NCBI GenBank assembly: GCA_963828195.1
Contig: CAWHDT010000007.1
Location: 32,001-96,000 of the forward strand
DNA length: 64,000 nt
Direction of reading: 5' to 3'
From: Candidatus Bathyarchaeota archaeon
GTDB taxonomy: Archaea; Thermoproteota; Bathyarchaeia; Bathyarchaeales; Bathycorpusculaceae
The position numbers were made by a program, and so were the translations under genes. The notes under the pieces are model-generated. The model ran no database searches. It saw only the letters and a list, made by a program, of their open reading frames with translations, and was not told where the DNA came from. Shown piece by piece: positions 16,619 to 24,355 of the stretch (the first letter of the stretch is position 1; each line of letters starts with the position of its first letter).

Positions 16619-17656
16619 ATGGAGACTTTAGTTGATGACATAGGCAGTTTCCCGTTGCCGTTTGGAGTTGGAAGAGAAGCTTTCAGCAGAGCGTATAAGC
16701 TTGCAAGAGAAGCAATATTCCAAGGCAAAGATATAACGAAGGATAATTTTTTACAGAGAAATTTCAACGAATTAATACTTGATTCATTTAGGAAAAAAAA
16801 TGCGTCCGGCTTAGATGTCGTAAATTTTCCGCAACATTACGATGGGATAAAGCAAGTCGGTGATGCAATCCACTTGGCAATGGCGAATGGCTCTTTTGTT
16901 GTCGAACAGGACAAAGCGTTTTTCCCAGAAGTGCACCTGATCAGTCAACAAGCTAAAGTTCTCAGCGAAGAATTCGGCAAAAAAATCCAGTTGCGCGTAT
17001 CAATTTTTGGTCCACTTGAACAGTACCTGCATGAGGTTGGAAAAACAGCGTACCCAGATGTGCTGGAAGGGTTTGCCGAGACAATTAAACGGTTCGCAAA
17101 AAACGCGCTCTTAAACAACAAATATATTGAAACAAAAGTTGTTTCGATTGATGAGCCTAGCTTCGGCTTCAACAACATCCAAGCGGCACCTGACTTGATC
17201 TGCGAGGTGCTTGAAAAAACATTTGATTTCCAAGGAGCCATAAAGCAGATTCATTTGCATTCAGCTTCAGGACTGCATGATTTGCTCCGCGTCAAAAACC
17301 TTGATGTGTTATCGTTTGAGTATGCTGCTTCGCCAAGCAACATTGAAGCAGTTCCCAAAAGCATGCTGGAAAAGGCGGATAAGCAAATCAGAGTCGGCAT
17401 CTCAAGAACAGACATAGACAGCATTTTAGCAGAACTCTACGAGAAAGGCGTGGCTAAACCTTCATCTGAACAATTGGTTGAACCAGAAGAAACGATAAGG
17501 AAAAGATACATGGTTGCCGAAGAAAAATATGGCGACCGAATGACGTTTACGGGTCCTGACTGCGGGTTAGGCGGGTGGCCAAGCCAAGAAGCGGCCCAGC
17601 TTTTGTTGGAGCGCACAGTGAAAGCGGCGAAATCAGCTTCGAAAACACCTGCGTAA
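16619..17656 (+). CDS. Core (single-domain MetE-like) methionine synthase, MesC-like
   Basis: DIGSFP, IDEPS, IHLH, FEYA, GPDCGLGGW; only the catalytic barrel is present. Confidence 0.8.
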   Translation: METLVDDIGSFPLPFGVGREAFSRAYKLAREAIFQGKDITKDNFLQRNFNELILDSFRKKNASGLDVVNFPQHYDGIKQVGDAIHLAMANGSFVVEQDKAFFPEVHLISQQAKVLSEEFGKKIQLRVSIFGPLEQYLHEVGKTAYPDVLEGFAETIKRFAKNALLNNKYIETKVVSIDEPSFGFNNIQAAPDLICEVLEKTFDFQGAIKQIHLHSASGLHDLLRVKNLDVLSFEYAASPSNIEAVPKSMLEKADKQIRVGISRTDIDSILAELYEKGVAKPSSEQLVEPEETIRKRYMVAEEKYGDRMTFTGPDCGLGGWPSQEAAQLLLERTVKAAKSASKTPA

Positions 17657-17680
17657 AGAAAAGAAAAAAAGATTTGCTTA

Positions 17681-18550
17681 CTAAGGTTGTTCGGATGGCG
17701 GCTGCTGTGATGACGGTTGTGGTGGCATTGTTTTCTTCCTTGCTGCTGCCTGTGCTTGTTGGGCGTTAGTTAAGTCTTTGAATCCGTAGGTTCCGACTGG
17801 AGGCCAGCCTGCTTCAGGCATGACTGCGGGCACTAACATGATTGTGTTTGTTTGTGATTGCTGGCCCAACTCGTAGAGTATGTTCATCCATCTGAGTCTC
17901 AGTCCGTCTGGGCTTGCCTCGTAGGCTTTTGCTGCTTCAATCATTTTTTGTGACGCTTCAAACTCTGCTGTGGCTAACGTAACTCTCGCAATGCGTTCCC
18001 GTTCAGCTTGGGCTTGGCGGCTCATGGCGTCTTGCAGGTTGCTTGGTATTATGACATCGCGGACTTCCACGGAGGTAACTTTGATTCCCCATGCCTCAGT
18101 TTTTTCATCGATGATTTCGCGCAGTTTAGCCCCGACTTTTTCTCGTTCCGCGAGCAACTCGTTGAGGCTTTGTTTACCGATGACTTCCCGCAGGGTTGTT
18201 TGAGATGCCAATTGTGTCGCTTGGTAGTAGTTTTCAACTTGCAGCACTGCCTTCTCTAAATCCACGGGCCTCATGTATAAAACTGAATCAACGTTTACTG
18301 GAACGTTATCTTTAGTTAACGTTGACTCAGTGCGGAATTGTATAGTATCTAGTCTTGTGGAGATTGTCAGGGGCGCCCTGTCAATTAAAGGAATAAGATA
18401 GACGATGCCGGGACCCTTCAAGCCAACATAGCGTCCGAGCCTTAAAACTGGCATCCGCTGCCACTCTTTCAGAACACGAATACCGCTTAACAGGAAAAGT
18501 ACAACAACTATAGCTATAAATCCAATTACACCCTCAACAACTGCCGACAT
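17681..18550 (-). CDS. SPFH/stomatin (slipin) family protein
   Basis: N-terminal TM, RLGR...GPG, TLTKDNVPVNVD, AQTTLR-like, WGIKV..VE.RD, AMSRQAQAERER. Confidence 0.95.
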   Translation of the reverse strand: MSAVVEGVIGFIAIVVVLFLLSGIRVLKEWQRMPVLRLGRYVGLKGPGIVYLIPLIDRAPLTISTRLDTIQFRTESTLTKDNVPVNVDSVLYMRPVDLEKAVLQVENYYQATQLASQTTLREVIGKQSLNELLAEREKVGAKLREIIDEKTEAWGIKVTSVEVRDVIIPSNLQDAMSRQAQAERERIARVTLATAEFEASQKMIEAAKAYEASPDGLRLRWMNILYELGQQSQTNTIMLVPAVMPEAGWPPVGTYGFKDLTNAQQAQAAARKKTMPPQPSSQQPPSEQP

Positions 18551-18590
18551 TTAATTCACACCTTCAATCATTATTCTGCGCTCTTAAGAG

Positions 18591-18995
18591 TTAAGCTTTT
18601 TGCTGCGCTGGTTTAACCACAAGATACACGCCTTCCATGCTTACAACTTCCACCGCTTCACCAGCAGCTATTGCCCCATCTTTGGCGGTTGCTTCCCAGA
18701 ACTCGCCCATAACGCGGACTTCACCTTTAGGGTTAAGGTCACTTGTCGCTACGCCTCTGGCTCCAATCAAGGCTTCTTTGCCTGTTTTTACCCGTTTAAA
18801 CTGGGCTTTGAATCCAGCGGCGAATATGAGGATGATGACTGCTGCGACGACAAACAGCGTTGCCGCAAGAGCTACGTCGTCTGATGCGCCCAGCCCCATG
18901 AAGCTTACTCCGTAGACTGCTAAGACAACGAGGAAGGCTCCAACGGCTACTAAGACTCCGACGAGTAAACCCAGCGAAACATGCATCCAAATCAC
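18591..18995 (-). CDS. Short NfeD-family protein (TM + OB fold), stomatin operon partner
   Basis: TGKEALIG..G.A..DL.P.GEVRV.GEFWEA; directly upstream of the stomatin gene. Confidence 0.88.
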   Translation of the reverse strand: MIWMHVSLGLLVGVLVAVGAFLVVLAVYGVSFMGLGASDDVALAATLFVVAAVIILIFAAGFKAQFKRVKTGKEALIGARGVATSDLNPKGEVRVMGEFWEATAKDGAIAAGEAVEVVSMEGVYLVVKPAQQKA

Positions 18996-19515
18996 TTGCT
19001 TACTGAAATAGTCAGAATCAGCTTATAAGACAATTGCTTGAATCAGTGGGGTTTCTGGGGATTTTTGTCCTTTGTGTTATGGCTTGTTTTTTTGGTTTAG
19101 GGCTTGAAGCGGTTGCAGGTTGTTTTTTTTTGCGTTCCAACCCATTCCTCCGCGTTGTTTTTCGTCGTTTTTTGTTCCTTTCCGTCTCTTGCCGACTTTC
19201 CCCCTTTCTAAACCTCTAACCCCGAAAATTACCGTCACAACAACGCCAAAACGGCAAATGCGCGCAAAATTCCAAAGTCCCTTAACTCACAATGCGACAT
19301 AAGTTTTATTGCCCTCATGAAAAGAAAAATGAATTAACTTTAATGTTTGAGAAGAAAAAAAGAGCTCCATCCATCTTAATCAAAAACAGATGGAAAAGGG
19401 GCTATTGAAGCAACTGCGATTGCATTGCTGAGCTGCGGAATCGGATGGGGGTTGCGTCGAAGTGGCGGCGACGGCATGGGTGAGGGCGGTTCAATCTCTA
19501 GTGGGGAACGATTTA

Positions 19516-20445
19516 TCAGTCTTCTTCGCCTCCGTGAACGGTGGGAACTATTGTTAGTTCAATCAGGTTTTCTCTTCGGATGATGGTTAGAGTGGTTTCT
19601 TTGTTTATCACGTCTTCTGAGAGCAGTCTGGGTAGGTCGTAGAAGTCAGTGACGGGTTTGCCGTTGAATTTAACTAGTACGTCGCCCATGGCTAAGCCTG
19701 CTTTGCGTGCCGGGGAGCCTGCTTCAACGCTGAAAATCATTACAGCTGTTTCCTGTTCTAAGCCTGCTTGCTCAGCGATTTCCTCTGGAATGGCAACGGT
19801 GTTCGCGATTATGCCGAGGTAACCTTTCTGCGCTACTTTTCCAGTCATCAGCCTGTCTGCAACTGCTTTTACCTTGTTTATTGGGATAGCGATGCCTCTT
19901 TGCCAAACGTACGCCGCGTTTATACCGATGATTTTGCCATCTACATCTACGAGTGGTCCGCCGCTGAATCCTGGATTAAGCTGGGCATCGGTGGCGATTA
20001 CGTTTTCCATTTGTGTTCCACGCCAACCTCTAAGACTGCTGTTTACGTTGGTTACGATGCCTGTGGTGGCGGTGGGTTGCTGTCTATTAAATGGGTTAGC
20101 AAGAGCGAAAACGTATTGTCCGACGCTTAGTTTTTCTGAATCGCCTAGTTCTATGGGTGTAAATTCGCCTTTCTCCGCTTTTAAGAGGGCTATGTCATTG
20201 TAGGGGTCGGATCCGACGATTTTTGCGTTGAAGGTTTTTTCTCCTTGGCCTACTTTAACTGTGTTGGCTCCTGCGGTAACGTGGTTGCAGGTTACGATGT
20301 AGCCGTCTTTGGTTAATACGACGCCTGTGCCGTGTGACATTTGCGATTTTACGCTAACTACTGACTGCGAAATTTTCTTGATTAGCATGCTTGTTGCTTC
20401 TGAGAGGGATTTCAAAACTTCTAATGGATTAGATAGTTGACTCAT
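19516..20445 (-). CDS. HtrA/DegP-like trypsin serine protease with one PDZ domain, no signal peptide
   Basis: TCNHV, DIALL, TDAQLNPGFSGGPL catalytic triad; PDZ GYLGI...GSPA.KAGL..GDV. Confidence 0.93.
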   Translation of the reverse strand: MSQLSNPLEVLKSLSEATSMLIKKISQSVVSVKSQMSHGTGVVLTKDGYIVTCNHVTAGANTVKVGQGEKTFNAKIVGSDPYNDIALLKAEKGEFTPIELGDSEKLSVGQYVFALANPFNRQQPTATTGIVTNVNSSLRGWRGTQMENVIATDAQLNPGFSGGPLVDVDGKIIGINAAYVWQRGIAIPINKVKAVADRLMTGKVAQKGYLGIIANTVAIPEEIAEQAGLEQETAVMIFSVEAGSPARKAGLAMGDVLVKFNGKPVTDFYDLPRLLSEDVINKETTLTIIRRENLIELTIVPTVHGGEED

Positions 20446-20638
20446 TTTGTTTTTCACCGCAAAATACTGTAGCAAAATAGTATTTGTTGACTAAGGAACA
20501 GGCATAGTCAGTCACGAATTTTGAGGGACCGGTGGAAGTTTTCAAAAATGAAAGAAACTTTGTTTAGCCACGTTTCACATGGAAAAAGTCTTTGTGCTAA
20601 AGTGAATATTTAATTCTCCGCTCAAAATCTATTTAATT

Positions 20639-21314
20639 ATGCGAAGATTGCACGTTTTCCTCATTCTTCTGACCTTAGCCGTAGTCTTGCTTCTTATTCT
20701 CGTCACAATCAGCGTGTACCTAGCTCGCTAGCACACCTTCTTCTTACCAGTCAAGCTGGATAGGGCAGATGTGGCAGAGCATGGGCATAGGCAAATCAAC
20801 AAGTAGCGGAAGCAACGGCGGCATGGGAGGAATGATGGGGGGCAACGGCACGGGAACCACCTCAGCAGCGTCCAACCTCTGGATAATTCCTGTAGCTCTA
20901 ATAGCGGCAGTGGCAATAGGCCTCGTTGGCTTTGGCTTCTACGTGGTTTATCCCGAGATCAGAAACATCGGAAGAACCTGCGAACCAAGCAAAATAGGGC
21001 CTACTTCCGCAAGCCCCGTCCAAACCGCAAGTTTAAACATTCCGACCACAAATACGGCACCTAACTCTTGCGACGTAATTTTAAAGACTATGACGCCTGA
21101 AGAACAAAAAGTCCTCACTGTATTAATTGCTCATCAAGGAAAGTACCTGCAAAAATATGTTGGGAAAGAAGCCGGGCTCAGTCGGCTTAAAACCCATCGC
21201 ATTGTAGCTCGGTTCGCGGAACGCGGAATCGTCACTGTGAAACCTCTGGGAAACACAAATGAAGTCACGGTCTCAGACTGGGTTAGCAGCTCAAAGCCAC
21301 AAAGCTCCAAATAA
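20639..21314 (+). pseudogene. Two-TM membrane-anchored winged-HTH regulator with Met/Gly-rich extracellular loop; +1 frameshift near 20725 (real or assembly error)
   Basis: ATG 20639 encodes a 30-aa TM segment ending TAG 20729; the adjacent frame continues ASTPSSYQSSWIGQMWQSM...GGMGGMMGG, TM2, then wHTH TMTPEEQKVL...GLSRLKTHRIVARFAERGIV. Confidence 0.75.
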
Positions 21315-21335
21315 GCTGTTTTAGCCCCTAAAAAA

Positions 21336-21361
21336 ACTGTTTCATGACTGTTTCAGCCAAC
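21336..21361 (+). promoter_or_regulatory. Tandem ACTGTTTCA direct repeat (11-bp period), putative activator site
   Basis: ACTGTTTCA-TG-ACTGTTTCA-GCCAAC; similar element at 22022. Confidence 0.55.
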
Positions 21362-21407
21362 TTCTATACCAAACGCAGCCATGGATGTATTGTAGAGGTA
21401 AATTGAA

Positions 21408-21731
21408 ATGAAAACTTTGAAAATAATTGCCGTATTGACCCTTGTAGCGTTGGCTGCTACGCTGTTAATCGCGTCGGCTTACGCTTACACGGGTGGACGC
21501 GTCGGTACGTCCGCTACAACAAACTCCCCAAACAGCGTAACATCCTACGGGGGCTATGCTGGCGGAATGATGGGAAATGGTGGCATGATGAGAGGCTACG
21601 GAGACTCTGGTGCAGTCGGAACAGCCCAACAACAATCGAGCACACCTTTGACAACTACCAGCAACATCTTCAAACCAATGTACAATTGGATGGCTGGGTT
21701 TTGCAGAGGCATGATGAGCCGAATTCGATAG
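21408..21731 (+). CDS. Secreted Met/Gly-rich small protein
   Basis: Signal peptide MKTLKIIAVL...ASAYA; GGMMGNGGMMRG repeats; GAGGT RBS. Confidence 0.78.
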   Translation: MKTLKIIAVLTLVALAATLLIASAYAYTGGRVGTSATTNSPNSVTSYGGYAGGMMGNGGMMRGYGDSGAVGTAQQQSSTPLTTTSNIFKPMYNWMAGFCRGMMSRIR

Positions 21732-21743
21732 GGATGCCCTAAC

Positions 21744-21899
21744 ATGTGTGGGTGTGGATGCGGTTGTGGCTCAGAATCCGATGATGACAACAAAGAAGCT
21801 ATCCCAGAAGATATTATGGCGCCGTGCAAATACTGCGCAACTCTTTTTCCTTGGACCTTGACGATATGTCCAAATTGCGGAGCCAAAAGAACCGCCTAA
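21744..21899 (+). CDS. 51-aa Cys-rich microprotein (CGCGCGCG + zinc ribbon), absent from the ORF track
   Basis: MCGCGCGCGSESDDDNKEAIPEDIMAPCKYCATLFPWTLTICPNCGAKRTA; 12 nt after the previous stop, followed by a T-rich terminator-like tract. Confidence 0.75.
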   Translation: MCGCGCGCGSESDDDNKEAIPEDIMAPCKYCATLFPWTLTICPNCGAKRTA

Positions 21900-21959
21900 G
21901 TTTTTTATTTGTTTTTCGTGAGGTTTGGTTTGTGGATGTGAAAACGCCTATAAGCAGCC

Positions 21960-21975
21960 TATGACACGTGTCATA
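21960..21975. promoter_or_regulatory. Perfect 16-bp palindrome TATGACACGTGTCATA
   Basis: Self-complementary sequence in the intergenic region upstream of 22098. Confidence 0.5.
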
Positions 21976-22021
21976 TCAGGTAAGTCGAAAACACAGTCTT
22001 GCCTGAAGGGCAAAAAGCGAA

Positions 22022-22047
22022 ACTGTTTCAATCTTGTATCAGCAAAC
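22022..22047 (+). promoter_or_regulatory. Second copy of the TGT(T/A)TCA tandem element
   Basis: ACTGTTTCA-AT-CTTGTATCA-GCAAAC, same 11-bp period and similar distance to the start as at 21336. Confidence 0.5.
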
Positions 22048-22097
22048 CATCAAATCACTTGTCACCCTTAAGGCAAGTATCAAGGAGAAGTGAAAAA

Positions 22098-22835
22098 ATG
22101 AACACAAAGAAAATAATCATCATATTAACCGTCGCTGTTATCGCAACAGCGTTAGTAACCGCTTCAGTATTCGCATTTCTATTCATACCCACGACAACAA
22201 GCTCAAACCCAACGCCACCCTCCACAGCAGGAATAGAAGCCCAGGCCACTCCTACGGCACCATCAACAACGACAGCGGCGTTAACAATTAATGATGCGGC
22301 CACTATAGCCCAAAACTACATAACGCAAATTAGCAACTCTAATCTTTCGGTTGCGGAAGTGGACCAATACTCAACATGCTTCTATGTACAAGTCGTGGAG
22401 AAAAACACTGGGGCAGGAGCATTCGAACTAGTAATCAACAACGTTACAGGCGCGGTCACAGCCGAGCAGGGCGCAATGATGGAGTGGAACACCAAGTACG
22501 GAATCTCCAGCAGCACAGGTATGATGGGCTACTTGACCACGGGAACAAATGGAGGCATGATGGGCTCAGGCGGCATGATGACGTGGCTTAGAGGAACACC
22601 GACAACAAATATGGCTGTCTCAATGGATCAAGCTAAAACTGAGGCGCAGCAATACCTAAACACCAACTACTCAGGAACCACAGTCGGACAAACGACAGCT
22701 TTCTACGGATACTACGAGATGCAAGTCCTCAAAGGAACCAACTATTACGGCATGATAACTGTAAACGGTCAAACTGGACAAGTCTTATATTGCTCATGGC
22801 TGGGCACACTCATGCAGCAAATGATAATCGGTTAA
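22098..22835 (+). CDS. Membrane-anchored PepSY-like two-domain protein with GMMG-rich linker
   Basis: N-terminal TM; two repeats (LTINDAATIAQNY.../VSMDQAKTEAQQY...) each ending V/I-N..TG.V; MMEWNTKYG and GMMG motifs; AGGAG RBS. Confidence 0.78.
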   Translation: MNTKKIIIILTVAVIATALVTASVFAFLFIPTTTSSNPTPPSTAGIEAQATPTAPSTTTAALTINDAATIAQNYITQISNSNLSVAEVDQYSTCFYVQVVEKNTGAGAFELVINNVTGAVTAEQGAMMEWNTKYGISSSTGMMGYLTTGTNGGMMGSGGMMTWLRGTPTTNMAVSMDQAKTEAQQYLNTNYSGTTVGQTTAFYGYYEMQVLKGTNYYGMITVNGQTGQVLYCSWLGTLMQQMIIG

Positions 22836-22985
22836 GCCGCTTTTGTGGTTCAACTGCCTTTTAGTTTTTTGGAAACTTTTTTATTTCCTTGACACCCTCG
22901 CTTTCGGTCGGACTAAAGAAACCGATGATTTTTCAAGGAACAAAAACCTTTAGAAACCCCTCAAACCTAGCTTCTTTGTGGAATA

Positions 22986-23306
22986 ATGGAGAAAGTCTGG
23001 GACGAACTGAAAAAAATTGAAGCTCAAGCCGACCAAATTTGCAGCCAAGCTCAGGATAAAGCCAAAGAAATGACGGCTCTTGCACAGCAGGAAGCCGAGA
23101 AGCTGTTAGCTAACGCCAAAGCATATGGTGAAGAGGAGGCTCAGCAAATTTATGACCGCACCGTTCAGGAAGCCAACCGCAAACGTGAAGAACAGCTAAA
23201 AGCAAGTCAAGAAGCCCAAACGAATCTAAGGGCGCAAGCAGAAAAACAGTTGAAGACGGCAGTCAACACAGTTGTGAACCGAGTGCTCGGGGAAACCAAG
23301 TTTTGA
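22986..23306 (+). CDS. atpH: A/V-type ATP synthase subunit H (G-like peripheral stalk)
   Basis: LKKIEAQADQI...A...A all-helical E/K/A pattern; first gene of the ATPase cluster. Confidence 0.8.
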   Translation: MEKVWDELKKIEAQADQICSQAQDKAKEMTALAQQEAEKLLANAKAYGEEEAQQIYDRTVQEANRKREEQLKASQEAQTNLRAQAEKQLKTAVNTVVNRVLGETKF

Positions 23307-24355
23307 CTCAGACGACAGTTTACTCGTCCGTTTTAGCGAAAATCGGAGCAGAAAGAAGCAAACTGCTCAACGAAACCAAACTCAAAGCTTTAACAGAATG
23401 CAAAAATCTTTCAGAGCTCACGACTCAACTTCGTGACACCACTTATCAAGAGCAACTTGCTAAGGCACCGTTACCGCTTAACAGCCGCAAGCTCGAAAGA
23501 GCCTTCCGCGAAAACCTCATTTCAACTTATGCAAAGATGATTAAAAATTCACCAAAGACCGCGTCAAAATACCTTAGTTTATATCTGTTAAAGTTCGAGG
23601 TAGAAAACATCAAGGTGCTTATAAAAGCAACTAACGCCGAGGTAAGCCCTGAACAGAAACTAGACAAAATCTATCTTCGCGTAGAAGATTTTCTTAAAAA
23701 CCGAGTGGTTATAGAGGAAACTGCAAAAGCCCCAACTGTCCAACAAGTGGTGAAAACATTAAAAAAGACTGATTACGCGGCAGCCTTGAACATGGGACTT
23801 CAAAGTTACGAGGAAGACGGCTCAACCACGTGCCTTGACGTACTAATTGATAAGACATTTCACGAAAAACTCTATGATGGGTATGAACGTCTTCCCAAAA
23901 AAGAAAAACCGCATGCGCAGTTTTATGCGAGCTCAGAAAACGACAGCTTCACATTGCTGACGCTGTTGAGAGGAAAAATCCTGAATTATGAACCCAATTG
24001 GCTAAGACTTGCGGTGCCGCCTAACAATTTTTGCCTTGAAAGGGAAAACGTTGAGGCTATGGTGACAGCCGCTGATTTTGACTCAGCCCTAAAAGTTGCC
24101 CTCGATAGCCATTATGCTGGTTTCTTTGTTAAAGCCCAAAGCCCAGAAGAAATAATTGCTAACGCTGAAAAATCCTTCAAGAAAGCCGTCTTGAACCATG
24201 CTAAAGCAAGCAAAATACCTGAAAACTTCAATATCGGTGCACCCATTGCCTTCATGACTCAGAAAGAAGCCGAAGTGCATAATCTTATTGCAGTTGGCTC
24301 AGGTGTAGAAGCAGAAGTTAAACCTGAGAGTATGCAAAGCCGACTGCTGCTTTAA
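23303..24355 (+). CDS. atpC: A/V-type ATP synthase subunit C
   Basis: YSSVLAKIGAERSKLL, FEVENIKVLIKA, KEAEVHNL..V..G. Confidence 0.88.
   Translation: MTQTTVYSSVLAKIGAERSKLLNETKLKALTECKNLSELTTQLRDTTYQEQLAKAPLPLNSRKLERAFRENLISTYAKMIKNSPKTASKYLSLYLLKFEVENIKVLIKATNAEVSPEQKLDKIYLRVEDFLKNRVVIEETAKAPTVQQVVKTLKKTDYAAALNMGLQSYEEDGSTTCLDVLIDKTFHEKLYDGYERLPKKEKPHAQFYASSENDSFTLLTLLRGKILNYEPNWLRLAVPPNNFCLERENVEAMVTAADFDSALKVALDSHYAGFFVKAQSPEEIIANAEKSFKKAVLNHAKASKIPENFNIGAPIAFMTQKEAEVHNLIAVGSGVEAEVKPESMQSRLLL

Noticed and set aside
17681-18995. NfeD-stomatin pair as part of the tubulin system
   Set aside because: Ubiquitous operon, separated from the tubulin locus by unrelated genes
19034-19310. Strand-biased low-complexity intergenic stretch and its short ORFs
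   Set aside because: No RBS, motif or convincing fold; the translations reflect T/A runs
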